Source of the DNA: Macrostomum lignano
Taxonomy: Eukaryota
Direction of reading: 5' to 3'
NCBI GenBank assembly: GCA_002269645.1
Contig: NIVC01004411.1
Location: 1 to 46,826, forward strand
DNA length: 46,826 nt
The translations under genes were made by a program, and so were the position numbers. This document shows positions 1 through 12,181 of this stretch, in pieces. The notes below the pieces were generated by a model. That model was not told the DNA's origin. It did no database searches and was given only the letters and a program-made list of their open reading frames with translations. Numbering within the stretch: position 1 is the first letter of the stretch; the number at the start of each line of letters is the position of its first letter.

Positions 1-586
1 CAGGATATCTTGGCAAGACCTACAGTGTATTGTGTCTCCCCGTTCGTGAGAATGAATGATGAGCTGCCGCGTTTCATCGCTAATTTTAGTATTTTGGCCT
101 TGTGGAGGTTAAATCTCCGCCGTCAGAGAGCAGACAACGCGTCAGTCAATCAAGTCGTCAAAAGAAAAGGGCTGTTTGTGGTCTTACGAGACCACAAGCT
201 CGCACTTAAGTTTAGACCTGATCAAAGCCTCTCAGAAAAGCTTCGGCACTGAATGGTCTCAGTATAGCTTGGCCATAGACAAAATTCCGCTGCCTTTTCC
301 ACGGAGTCCTCTGCTTACAGGGTGTGGAAAATTTGTTGCCTCAGTTGGAAAACTGATCGCGCCTTCTAGCCACTTTGGTTTGGGCCATAGACTACTTTGA
401 CTAGGCGAAGCCACAGAGTCTCTGTGTCCATCCTTGAAAGCCCCGAGTGGAAAATTGAGGGTCACTCGTACTCGATGGATTTGATTGCAGCCGAGAATTA
501 GAATATGGAAAGCAAAAGTTTCTGGCAGTTATTATTATTTACTAGATAACTTGTTATAGTGTATTAAAAAAATTTAAGGTACCTAC

Positions 587-883
587 CGTCGAAATCGATC
601 TGCAAGAGACTCAGCGACAGGAGATCGTTGCTGCCGCAGACTCGCTTTTCTCCGTTGCACGTGGCGTCACAGTTAGAGGCGCTGCCAAACATCTTCATAT
701 TATCACCGTCGCTCTTTGATGCAGTAGCAGTCTGGGCTGGTCAGGCCCATGTAGACATAACCCTTTCCGTAGCAGCATTCTCTGCACATCTGGCTCGTCA
801 TGCCAGCAAAGTCATTTATGGCACATTTATAGGGCCCGAAGCTGCCGCTTTGAAATAGCAGCCAAGCTCGATTTGCAGCGGAC
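587..883 (-). pseudogene. WSC-domain exon (phase 1-1) with two frameshifts
   Basis: Acceptor TTCTCTAG| (884) and donor GACG|GTAGGT (587). Joining the frames gives ELGCYFK...INDFAGMTSQMCRECCYGKGYVYMGLTSPDCYC...GSASNCDATCNGEKRVCGSNDLLSL, which has all eight Cys of the WSC pattern. Confidence 0.75.
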
Positions 884-1184
884 CTAGAGAACAAATGCCG
901 ATCATATTTTTAATTTCAGTCACCCAGGCAATACATTTTTCAGAGGAATAGTGCCTTCTCTTTCTGTGCATTCTCAATGCTCAGTGCTCAGACTCTGTGT
1001 CTTTGGATCGGCCCTCATGGGGGCAGACCGAATACGTCTCATGGTTCTAAAGTCGAGTCTTTGGAATCGGTGCAACGACCCCTATTTAGAGCCGGTTTTC
1101 GACCCAAAATGCACTAGTGAGATACCGGGTACTAGGGAAGAATTTCCGTAAAAATGGAACATATTGAACTAGCTGCAGACTCAC

Positions 1185-1248
1185 CACCGACTCTTATGAA
1201 AGCACTCACACAAGGTGACTAGCGAGGCACGTGCACATAAAACTGGCT
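1185..1248 (-). pseudogene. Putative DEG/ENaC exon 3 (64 nt) with an in-frame TAG
   Basis: Acceptor TTCATAG| at 1249 and donor GGTG|GTGAGT at 1185; phase 0 in, phase 1 out. Translates SQFYVHVPR*SPCVSAFIRVG, resembling the ENaC/ASIC vH....P......v.pG segment. TAG at 1221-1219. Confidence 0.6.
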
Positions 1249-1438
1249 CTATGAACATAATTTGAGCAGACTCGCTACTCGTGTTGCAAAAAGCGACGAA
1301 AAACTATTTCATTAATGAGCCATTTAAATTCCACAAGTAAAAATTTACTAAACCTGATAGTTTCATTTACAATTCTTAAGTGCAGTCAATTAAGGATCAA
1401 CCTCTTGTTCAGGAAGGGAAATATAAGAGTATCCCGAA

Positions 1439-1776
1439 CAAGGATCACTAGAAGTTACCGTTGTATGTCTAGCACTATGTCTGCATAAAGCATAGCAAGT
1501 TTTAAACGAGTTGCAAGGTTGCATATGATGACATGTCATAAGTACTTTTATAAATATATGTGCATTTAACAAGTTAAAGCCCTAATAAATTATGAATACA
1601 CCTATTCTGGAGCTCCTGAGGCTCAAATTTAGTGCAAGCTTTTTTAAAACAGTCGACTAGAATGCTTTTTTGAAGCAAGCATCGCTAAATACACGTAAAC
1701 AAGCGGGCCTTCAATTAACTTTGCAATATTTACGAGTGTTGCGTCCTGATACAACGGTAACTTCTAGTGGTCCTTG
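1439..1776. mobile_element. 338-bp MITE (non-autonomous hAT- or P-like DNA transposon) in ENaC intron 2
   Basis: 28-bp terminal inverted repeats CAAGGA(T/C)CACTAGAAGTTACCGTTGTAT at 1439-1466 and 1749-1776 (1 mismatch). Perfect 8-bp TSD ATCCCGAA at 1431-1438 and 1777-1784. AT-rich non-coding interior. Confidence 0.88.
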
Positions 1777-1818
1777 ATCCCGAATTCTCGGTAAAGTTTT
1801 AATTGCGGTTTAACTTAC

Positions 1819-2907
1819 GATAGGACCCATTCCACACTGAGTCAGAGGGACGCCCGGAGGAGCTCTGCACTTGTTGTCACTCTCTGACAGGTTCAACGCC
1901 AGAATCAGGCCGGCTTGATGGACAGCTCGGTTCCACTCGGTGCAATTCTGGTAGCCCAGGTACGGCAAGGTGCCCGAGAAGCTGACGTTCGGTACGAATT
2001 TTTCTTCTCCAATACGTTGGTAGATGGGCACAACTGAGAGGCTACCATTGTACTCCTCACCAGCGTGCGTGATGCGACACTCGAATTGCTGTCTGCAACG
2101 GTGTTTGGGCACGACTCCTGAGTTGATAAGCCTAATCAGCTTAGGTTAGGCGTGTGCAGAGAAAGTTTAATGCAGAAAATGTTTACTGTAGCTGCAACCT
2201 TTAAATAGGCTAGCGAAATTTTTATTGTCACAATTAAGCTCCTGACAAAAGTCTTAGTAACTTTGATGCTCTGACAAGAACAGCTAGGCTATACCAGAGT
2301 TCTGAGCGTTCTAGGGTTCTCGAAGAAAAAGCATTGAGTAGTCGCAGAGCTCACGGTTAACAGCCTGTCGGTATTCTTTCATCAGCGATTGCTCCGTCCA
2401 GGAAATCACGTGAAACAGTGCCAGAATCTCCGGAGTAAGTCGCAACTCAGACGGGTGGGCGCCACTTACTTTTTTCTCCATGTCAAAGGCGAAGCTGTTC
2501 GACCAGCAGCAGTCAACTTGGGAGTTAGTTAAATACGTAGGCGAGATCCTCTCCACCATGGTGCTCATGGTGATCGCTCTGTGCGGGCACAGGTACACAT
2601 CCGGAAACTCGAACGGAAGCGAGGTCGCAATGGACGTGAGCACCGGTGCGCCCATGAACCGGTCGAACAGGCTGTACAGGTGGTACGTGAAGCCGCCGTA
2701 GGTGCCCAGCAGGAAGGTAAGCCAGATGACGCGACCCAAGGTGCCCGACTGGGAAGAGAACCGGCCGAGTCCGTGAGCGGAGGTGTAGCCGCAGAAGTCG
2801 GACACGAACTGAGTGACTTTCTGGGGCGGTGAATTTTCTTGTTGTTTGTCTTGCTGCTTCTCATCAGCCTGAAGGCCTTCCTCGGTCTGTCGCTCAGAAG
2901 CCATCAA
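1819..2907 (-). CDS. DEG/ENaC (amiloride-sensitive Na+ channel family) subunit, exons 1-2 (2907-2355, 2117-1819); gene continues leftward
   Basis: Pre-TM1 HG motif (FCGYTSAHGLGR), TM1 (VIWLTFLLGTYGGFTYHLYSLF), post-TM1 FPDVYLC (FPAVTVC-like), then YQNCTEWN...GLILALNL (GNCYTFN...GLxLxL-like). The phase-1 donor AACC|GTGAGC at 2355 matches the phase-1 acceptor CTCAG|GA at 2117; exon 2 ends at a phase-0 donor ATC|GTAAGT at 1819. Confidence 0.9.
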
Positions 2908-3404
2908 TTAGGAGCGAGAATGCTGAGCTAGGATGCAGACAGTTTTTCTAATTAGAGTTAAACTGTGACTAGCTAATAGAAGTTTGTGTGGCGTGGAGTA
3001 AAAGCCGCCAATGCATCCAGCATTTTAATGAGCTCAAATGAACTGGAATAATCTGGGCGTGCAACTGGATTGGATAGCAAAGTTTCTATCGCAATGGCAG
3101 TTAATAATGCACGAGACAGATAGAACTGTGCCATTGGAGTTGGCATTGCTGTAGTTATTTATCCTGTAGTTTCAATGACAATGACAGAACTGATAATTGC
3201 ACTGGGTGAGATATTACTGAAAGCAGTAGGTATCGCACGCATATCCTGAATCCAACTAGCTATCTGAGACACAACATAACTTGGGCACTTTTCAATACAG
3301 CAATTAGCTAAATTTATAAGCCTTCAGCTTATCGAGGCAAGATTATTCTGGTAGGTAGAAAAAATCCATCTTTTATTACCAAAGCTAGTCTGAATCTGTT
3401 TTCC

Positions 3405-3916
<512 letters not shown>

Positions 3917-3989
3917 GTTCACAGAAGAGCAGAGGTAAGAAAACAGAAAAAATTTCATTATTTGATGGTCAGTTCACTGTTGGTCAGTT

Positions 3990-4233
3990 CAGTGAGCACA
4001 CAGAGATTCTGTTGGTCAGGCTAAGGCCAGTGAGCACACAGAGATTCTGTTGGTCAGGCTAAGGCCAGTGAGCACACAGAGATTCTGTTGGTCAGGCTAA
4101 GGCCAGTGAGCACACAGAGATTCTGTTGGTCAGGCTAAGGCCAGTGAGCACACAGAGATTCTGTTGGTCAGGCTAAGGCCAGTGACACACAGAGATTCTG
4201 TTGGTCAGGCCAGTGAACACACAGAAATTCTGT
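3990..4233. repeat. 38-bp minisatellite, about 6 copies
   Basis: Unit CAGTGAGCACACAGAGATTCTGTTGGTCAGGCTAAGGC; AGTGAGCACA recurs at 3991, 4029, 4067, 4105 and 4143. Confidence 0.95.
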
Positions 4234-4402
4234 TATAAGCTTCATTCAGCATCTATGAGCTCGTGAGAGTTCTAATTAAAAGTGTGTAATCTACGCACTG
4301 AAGTCAAGAATCCAACACTTACAAGGTTATGCATGAATACTGAATTACGTCGACATACAAACCATTCAGCATAGAAACTGAGTGGCAAATCACAGCAGAG
4401 TT

Positions 4403-4618
4403 TAAAGAATAAACCAATAATTGATTTTGGCTGGCGACAAAGAAAACGAAGTTAGGGCGGTCGCAGCCCAGAATTCAGCTTTTATATTCTCTAACTTAAA
4501 CATAGGTGAAAAGTTTTGGGGGTTGGCGGAGATAGTACATCGTGCGTACAGTGAAAATAGAGAAAATACCTTATGGATGAAATAGGCGGCTAGCCTAGGC
4601 CAACTCATTTTTTCGACA
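4403..4618 (-). repeat. 3' LTR (216 bp, TG...TA)
   Basis: Direct repeat of 12182-12406, differing by roughly 6 substitutions, a 10-bp indel and small indels. Starts TGTCGAAAA on the minus strand. Confidence 0.93.
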
Positions 4619-4626
4619 CTCCCCCC
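4619..4626 (-). promoter_or_regulatory. Polypurine tract GGGGGGAG
   Basis: Purine run immediately upstream of the 3' LTR on the minus strand. Confidence 0.85.
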
Positions 4627-5013
4627 AAATGATTTATCATTTGATTCTTTAAATTCGGAAAAGCAAACCTAAATTACGTTCGAACTTGTTGCAAAATAAC
4701 AATGAAAAAGGAAAAAAATATCTTAGCCGAACAGACAAATACTGGTTTGTTGTTTTAAGTGAAACAGTCAGCAGAGAACAAAAAACCGTTAGAGCCAAGT
4801 TTAAGCGCATGTGAGCATGATAGATGAGGAAAAATATACTACGACGTAAATGGAAAAATGACGAATAATGACGCGTAACATCGTCCACCACCAAGAGAAT
4901 TATCTCAAAACAGAAAAACAAACCTTTTCTCATTACAAATTTTGGCGAGAGGCTGTCAAAAAAGTTAGCAAACGAATTCGAAAGTTGTGGGAAAGGACAA
5001 AAAAATAACGGTC

Positions 5014-6531
5014 TTAGGATTGAACCTCTAAAGGAATCAACGACTGGACTGGCCGTCTCACCCGTTCCCAGCGCCGGGAACTCCCAGCACCCGCAACGCG
5101 AAGAAGAACCGAACGGATAGCACCATCACGGCCAGGACGAACTTCCTTGACAATACCCAATTTCCATTTGAGTCTTGGTTGTCGAGCTTCACCTGCCAGA
5201 AGAACTACTTCACCAACATTTGGTGGACAGCGGTTAGGTTGATCCTTTAGGGCTTTCTCGCGCAGAGACTCCAAGTAGGACGTCTTCCATTGGTTCCAAA
5301 ATTGGTTCCAAGCTGCTCTAAGCATTCTAAGCCGTTTCGGAAGCGGTAGAACGGAGTCCGCCTCACCGTCGATATCTTCCGGTTCTTGGCTGAGACGACT
5401 AGCTGCCATGAAATGGGACGGTGTGATGAACTTCATACCGTCGCCTGAATCCGAAGGTACATACAACAGCGCCCGACAGTTAACCACAGCTTCGACTTCC
5501 ACAGTTAGAGTGATCAATTGGTCGTAGGTAAACAGCTGTCGACCTGCAGCCTTTTTTAGTGCCATCTTCACGATGCCAATCAGCCTTTCCCAGTAGCCTC
5601 CCCACCACGGGGCTCGCTCGGGCACAAAATGCCAAAAAATCTTCTTTGACGAACAGAACGACTGCAGCTCTTCTGAGATACTAGCGCCGATCAGTTTGGC
5701 GCCTGATCGAAATGTCCACGCATTGTCACTGACGACGGAGGGAATGCCCCGTCGAGCCACGAACCGACGCAGTGCATGCAGAAGCTGTTCGCTGTCCATA
5801 CTCGAAACAACTTCCAGGTGAACGGCTCGAGTTGCTGAGCAAGTGAAGAGCAGGATGTACGCCTTTTTGCTCTCACCACCCTCCCCCGTCCGATAGAATA
5901 TCGGACCAGCATAATCCAGTCCTACGGTACGAAAAGCACGAACAGTTGACAAACGGAAGGATGGAAGCTACGGAACCGCACTCATGGAAAACGGTCGACC
6001 TTGAAACTTCTTGCAGACAACACACTCCCCCAGTAACTGCTTCACGCGCTGTCTCGCCTTTAAAATCCAAAAACGTTCACGAAGCTTGCATATTGTTGCC
6101 GCGACCCCGGAATGCATCACAGCCGCATGGCAATGACGGACAAGCAGGGTTTCGAGCGGGTGCTTCGAGGGAATCAGCACTGGATTGTTGGTGTCGAAGG
6201 GCACAGCGCCCTGCAGACGACCCGCTGACCGAACTAATCCAGCAGGATCAAGGAACAATTTGAGATCGCGCACTAACGGCATACGAGGTCCAGAACCGCT
6301 GAGGCACGAAATTTCGTTCGACAATGATTCGCACTGTACGGCTCGCAGCACTGACTGTTCTGCCTGTAATACTTCCGTAGCCGTTAACAAGGATGGTCGC
6401 TTAACAATCCGATGGCGCAAGATGCTGACAAATCGCAAGATCCAACCAACCACTCGAGTGAGCTTGGTCCACGAAGAAAATCTTGAAATCTGAATCGCTT
6501 TGAGCAGAGAAGGTGAAGAAAATCGGTACAC
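5014..6531 (-). pseudogene. BEL/Pao integrase (Zn-binding domain, catalytic core, DUF5641-like tail), frameshifted near 5950-5970
   Basis: HCHAAVMH...CVVCKK (HHCC); VGLDYAGP, TCSATRAVHLEVV, VSDNAWTF, PWWGGYWERLIG; FWNQWKTSYL. Confidence 0.93.
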
Positions 6532-6659
6532 TCCACGGTCATCACAGTCGTCGTTTCGTTTTGCTCAGGTTCACAGTAGACTGCCGCCGGGGTTGCATCT
6601 CGCGTGTCATATCTTCGAAGAAATTCCGGACCGATAACCATGTCGCGTCACAAACCAAT

Positions 6660-8656
6660 TGCTCTGGCAAGCATCCTCGCGATGGCAGGTCGGCCGGGTT
6701 CGTCTCCCCTGACACGTGGTGCCATTACTGAGCCTCTGTCAACCGTCGAATTTCACTGACCCGATTTTGCACAAAGACTTGGCGTAGCTTGGACTCACAC
6801 GTGATCCACTGCAGTGTAGTCATGCTGTCTGTCCACAGTTGACGCTTAAGACCCGGAAGTTGGATTGAGACGAAGTCCATTAAACGAGCTAGAATTAATG
6901 CTCCAAGCAACTCCAATCGAGCAATGCTGATGGACACGACAGGCGCCACTCGAGCCTTAGCGATGAGAAGATGAGCAGAAACATCCTGGCGCTCATGATC
7001 GATAACCCTTAGGTACACGACAGCAGTATATGCTCGTTTACTAGCGTCAGAAAAACCGTGCAATTGCATTTCAATGCGACATGACTGCCATTGTTGAGGC
7101 ACGACACAACGATGAAGTTTCAGATTCAACGTCTTGAGTGAATCCAACCAGCGGGTCCATTTTGCTGCCATCTCACTCGGAATATCACCGTCCCACGGGA
7201 CTTTCTGCTTGCAAAGCTGTTGAAACCAGGCTTTGACCAGCGTCACTGCCGGTGTTAGGAACCCAAGTGGGTCAAACAGCTTTGAAAAAATTGAAAGCAT
7301 CATTCTCTTAGAGTACCGCTGACCTGCGACGGAGTCAAGCACTGCAGCGAACTCAAGCCGAAAAATGTCTTCATCCGGTTCCCCAGCAAGGCCAAGAACT
7401 TTCTTTGCTTTATCGACATCCGCTACAGGAAGCGACTTCATGAAATCCTTGGAATTTGACTGCCACTGCCGCATGTTCATGCCTGCTTCCGCAAAAATTC
7501 GCTTCGTCTGAGCGTACAACTCGCCGGCTTCTTCATCCGAATCGCAACAAGTGACTAAATTGTCCATGTACAGGCTAGTCTTTAAGATGTTTACAACTGT
7601 CCGAGCATCGTCTTGATGCAGTTCAAGGTGTCGCAATATGGTAGCTCGTAGAATCGCCGGTGAACAAGTTAGGCCAAAAGGTACTCGACAGAATCTATAA
7701 TGTATGACTTTGTAGGGCTCGTCGGGCGTCGTCTCTGTCCACAAGAACCGAAGAGCGTCTCGATCACGCGAGTCAATACCGATTTGAAGGAACGCTTTTT
7801 CAATGTCTGCTAGTACAGCTACCGACTTGAGGCGAAAGCGAAGAAAAATCGGGGGAATCAGTGGAAAACACGTAGGCCCCGTCAGCAGAAAGTCGTTGAT
7901 AGAGAAGTCTGTACTGTCCGTCTTTGCTGATCCGTCAAAAAGCATGCGTAGCTTCGTGTGTTCGCTATCCTTTTTCGTGACGCAGCTGTGTAGTAGATAA
8001 TGAATGATGTTCGGCGACTGGTCGTTGACGTCGACTGGAACTTTCTCGATGATGCCGAGCTCTTCTTGTTCGGAAAGAATAGCATCACACTGCGCTAGTT
8101 GTGCTGGATTACGCTGAAGATGTCGAATGCTCGCCTTTAGCCGAGTTGTCGCTACATTGAAATGGTCACGCAGGCTAATCGTCTCCTTGGAGAAACGCCA
8201 AGGCAACTGCACAGAATATCGTCCCTCATGCAGCTGCGGGTTGCAAGGGAAGACGTCGGACGAAACAGGTTGTGGGTCATCTAGAATCCCGATTGAGTCC
8301 AACCTCCAAAGAGAAGTGAAATCGTCATTTAAGGACTTCGAGACAGATATTTGGCCATTGACAAAGCAGCAAACTGCTGCTGTATTCGCGCAGTTGACCT
8401 CCTGGACACTTTGTAAATCCGATGATCGTTCCGAATCGCACTTTGAGATACTAAGCGTCAATGGTCCGCAGAGCACATAACCAAGCTTTGAAGAAATCGC
8501 AACGGGACCATGGGATCCACGAATAACCTCGTCGCCGACGATTTGATAAAAGAAATCTGATCCAATCAGTATCGAAATCGGAGTATGTCCGTCTCGTGTG
8601 TCATACGGATCGGCCAGATCCAAGCTGGATAGATGTTGGAATTCATTGACCCTCAC
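6660..8656 (-). pseudogene. BEL/Pao reverse transcriptase and RNase H, with a premature TAA at 6727-6725
   Basis: LRMLFDGS, LADIEKAFLQI, RVPFGLTCSP, LYMDN, FDPLGF, LHGFSDASKRAY, RLELLGA, WTDSM. The same frame continues after the stop as WHHVSGETNPADLPSR. Confidence 0.94.
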
Positions 8657-8755
8657 AGATCGCTGTGGTTGACAAATAGTCTCAACAATGTTTGCCTGGA
8701 GTTCAACTGTCTCAAAGGAATCGAGTTTGCGCTACGAAAACCTTACACAGCCCGA

Positions 8756-9037
8756 TTAAATGTCTGTGTTGAGGCCAGAGAAGGATGAGACACTCAGATT
8801 TTCAGTCATTTCCGCACCAAAACCCATAGCCTCACAAACATCCTTTCGAATATAACTACGATTACTTGCTGTTTCGAGAAGGACGCGCACCATCATTTCT
8901 CTGCGACCGTCGGCGCTCAAGAGAATAGCTTTGGCAACTGGTAGCGCTACCGAGGGATTTTCAGAGATAAACATTGACATGACGAGCGAGCTGGCTTCCA
9001 ACTGTGATGATGTGGTCCTTGTTTCCGAGCCATGCAA
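8756..9037 (-). pseudogene. BEL/Pao aspartic protease fragment
   Basis: VRVLLETASNRSYI corresponds to the LLDxGSxRSYI motif; the catalytic Asp reads Glu here. Confidence 0.75.
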
Positions 9038-9199
9038 GTCTGAAGACGAAGGACGTGAACGAGAGGCCTCATCGTCGGCCGTAACTGTGAGACACAGATC
9101 GATTTTTTGAGCCGGAGGAACCCTTGCTGTCTTTGCTGTCGGAGGAACCAGAAGCCGTTGTGGCGTTCACCTTTAGGTGGAGATTTTTTACGAGACACG

Positions 9200-11608
9200 C
9201 CTTGAGCACGGATGCTTACGTGATGCTTGCCGGAGCAATCACGGCATTTCCGCGGATCGCGACACTGTTGAACCATGTGACCAGGCCGCAGGCACTTGAA
9301 GCACCGCTTCTCTTTCACCAGAAATTGTCCACGCCACGCCACGGTCGGGAACTCCACGCAATTTCCGAATGATGCAAAGCTTTGCAATAGGTGCAAAACA
9401 TTTTTTTCGTAGCGTCTGGTGCTTTCGGTTGCACTGCTACCAGTGTTGATGCCATTGACATTGATGAGTTTGAAGCTTGCTTTGACTCTGAATGAGATGC
9501 TTGTGAAGTTGACTTGTGGCTGAGCTGCGATCCAGCGGACTCATGCACAGAAATTTCATTCTTCAAAAAACACAGAAAGCTGCCAAGCGTGTCAATAGTT
9601 TTCCCTGAAGTTGAGCTGACCGAATCAAGTCGAGTCGAATGTAGCAGGGCACCTGTTCATTAGACTTGGCACCAGCAGACACTGATACGATTCCGCGGCA
9701 ACACCCTGTGATAAATACAATTAAATAAATAGCATGCACGAAAAGCAATAGTTTAGGCCCTAGACAAACCTATTTTTGGAGCGTTCAGAGATTTTAAAAC
9801 TATTGGCCCTATTGCCTATCGCCGGTCGGCGAGTTCTACCAATCTTTCTCAAATAGTCGCAGTACGGTACAAGAAAAGGAAGAACACAGGTGAAAACGAT
9901 CCGAATAGATTTAGAGAGTGATAATCCTAGTAAGAATAGCTAATGAGTAATGGACTCAGACGATTTAATTAAATGACGTCAAGTTGATTACAATCCTTAC
10001 TACAATTTCGCAACGCAATTAAATTCCGAGCACTGATAAACGAACAATAACGATAATAATCAATTAATTAGTAGATAACGCACTGGCGAGCGGATCTCAG
10101 CTTGAAGAAGAAAAACCGAACAGGACCACGGAGAAGATTCCTAAACACTGGCCTAACCAGAACCTACGCTCGAACGAGAGCCCTGACGAATCGACTGTTC
10201 AGCGGAGCACTGACTAAGTTCTATCAGCGCTGCCCTTCAGTGTGACACTGAGGCCCTCGGGGTCGAGGCCACGTACTTGATCGAATCCGTCAGTCTCTAT
10301 CTAGACCGCGCTTAATAGCGACGACTTCAGACAAGGATTGCCGAGACGTTACGCTACAAGACTGAAGCGGTCGGGCAGTGAGTAAACACGGACCGGGGGT
10401 GATGAAATTGAGCGCCTCAAAGCGCGGAACCAAAATAGGGCAAAACGGCCGGGAAGTTGGAACAAAACCGGAAGCGGGAAAAAAAGGGGTGAGATCCGAC
10501 CGCCAAACACACTTTCATATATAGTCATTGTCAGACCCCTCAAAACCCCCTCAAGCCGGGTGGTGGTCGTCTGGCCGGCCGCTTGCTAAGCTGAATTGCA
10601 CTGAGCCCGCGGCGCCGGGTAGAGTTGGATTTTGCCGCGTGCCAGGGTCCAGGCCGGTTCTGATTGGCTGGCCGCGCAAAGCTGGGGTTTGCAGAAACTT
10701 CAACCCTCCGCTGAGTCACAGAATTGGCGTCTGACTTTTACCCTGTTTACGCAAAGTAAACTCTAACTAACAAGAAAAAGTACATTAGACCGCGTAACTA
10801 AATTAAAGAAAAATAATTATTATTAACAACAATATAGAAACTAGCTAATAGAATTCACAAAAGATGCTCACACTACAACCCTGAGTCTCCAGGCTGCGCA
10901 TGCTGGCAGTTGTGTCGTCGTGAAACTGCTGAAGACACTTTAGAGATAAGTCCTGAAGACGAAGTTCAGATATCTTGTGCATTAAGTCCTTGACTATGAT
11001 TTCTTTCTTTCCGTAGCGCTCTCGCAAAATATCTAAGGCTATTGAATAATTGGCCGCCGTGACTGACAGGCCTCGAATGCTTGCCTTGACTGAGTCGGAC
11101 AGAGAGCTGACGAGATAGTTGAACTTGTCTATATCTGACAGGCTAGAGTTGCGATGTATGGAAGAGTTGAGCTGATCCCAAAATGACTGCCACGCCGAAA
11201 TCTCCCCAGTGAATGTCGGGATTTGCCTCTTGGGAAGCTTGATCTGCGACCGGACTCTACGGAATGACTTTTGGCCGCTGACTCCTCCGGCGATTGTTGA
11301 CTATTGAAAGTTGCTTCCAGCATCTTGATTAAGCTGATACACTTCATCGAATAAGTTTGATTCTCTTCCACTTCAGCATCCAGCCCCTCTTCAGCTACAG
11401 ACTCCTCTATGGCTTCATCCAATGCTTGCACTGCCGTCAATTTCGACTTCAGAATCTGCACAGTTGCCTCCGCATCCGCACGATTAGCAGCTCGACCAAT
11501 ATCCACGGAGAGAAGATGGTCAGCCTTTCCAACAGCCTTCGTGATCGCCGCGCGGATACCTGCACGCTTCCTGACTGCTGAAGATAGCTCGTCTTCACTG
11601 AGAACCAT
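9200..11608 (-). pseudogene. BEL/Pao gag (DUF1759-like, three Cys/His knuckles), frameshifted and split by an insertion
   Basis: IKLPKRQIPTFTGEISAWQSFWDQLNSSIH...DKFNYL...RERYG in a shifted frame at about 11250-10850. CTYCKALHH, CFKCLRPGHMVQQC and CRDCSGKHH at about 9400-9200. Confidence 0.88.
9683..10850 (-). mobile_element. About 1.17-kb non-coding insertion in gag, solo-LTR-like
   Basis: Deleting 9679-10850 rejoins gag in frame (IFCEF-LLVPSLMN). The insert has CCAAT (about 10665) and TATA (about 10520) on the minus strand and ends in GTATCA. No matching TSD found. Confidence 0.55.
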
Positions 11609-12169
11609 GACGACTTGAATTGGGAGATGCTGCTAAAGCCAAGAACTCCCGACACTGAGAACTTGAAGACGGACAGCCCAAAAAAAGAAGCAGACTGCAG
11701 GATAACACTACGAGTGAACACGAAGACAAGCGAATGCAAAAAGCAAAAAAATACGAGTAAATTTGTTAAGAGAAACTCTAAAATTCAAGAGTTTGAAAAA
11801 TTTAACGATCAGCTATTAACTATACGTATAACTGTCAATAATGTTAACGAGATGCGCAAAAAACGTAATGTAAAAGGAGAAACAGTTACGATACTCATCA
11901 ACGCAAGGACTGTTCGACATCGATCAGAGAGGGCCTGGCTGAAGGTTGCTCGTGGAACCCGAGGGACCGGAATACCGTTGACGGGACCACCGCTGCAGCG
12001 ATCCGGAGGCCGCGAGCTGCTGCTTATTCCGATGACTGCGCTTCGCCGATAGCCAACATAGCAGCCCCGTGCGGAACGTGAAATATCGCTGCGCTAGAGA
12101 TTCAGTGCAGTTGCACTAGCTTGAGCTTCTGTAGGCCGCAATAGTTTTAAATTGTTTGTTGTACTTTTT

Positions 12170-12181
12170 GTTTGGGCGCCA
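12170..12181 (-). promoter_or_regulatory. Primer-binding site TGGCGCCCAAAC (tRNA-Lys type)
   Basis: Directly follows the 5' LTR; the TGGCGCCC start matches known tRNA-Lys PBS sequences. Confidence 0.8.

Noticed and set aside
1-586. Short ORFs at the left edge as further ENaC exons
   Set aside because: No ENaC thumb or TM2 motifs and no convincing acceptor/donor pair.
1219-1221. Recoding (selenocysteine or readthrough) of the ENaC exon 3 stop
   Set aside because: The codon is TAG, not TGA, and independent frameshifts follow in the next exon.
2464-2469. Strong-looking GTAAGT donor inside ENaC exon 1
   Set aside because: It is phase 0, incompatible with the phase-1 acceptor at 2117. The frame stays open and protein-like to the phase-1 donor at 2355. 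It could still be an alternative site.
3990-4233. CRISPR-like appearance of the 38-bp array (also the 30-bp and 24-bp arrays)
   Set aside because: Units are head-to-tail with no unique spacers, the context is eukaryotic, and no cas genes are present.
4649-4933. Hydrophobic ORF after integrase as a possible env
   Set aside because: Only 94 aa with a non-ATG start, and composition explained by T-rich 3' UTR sequence.
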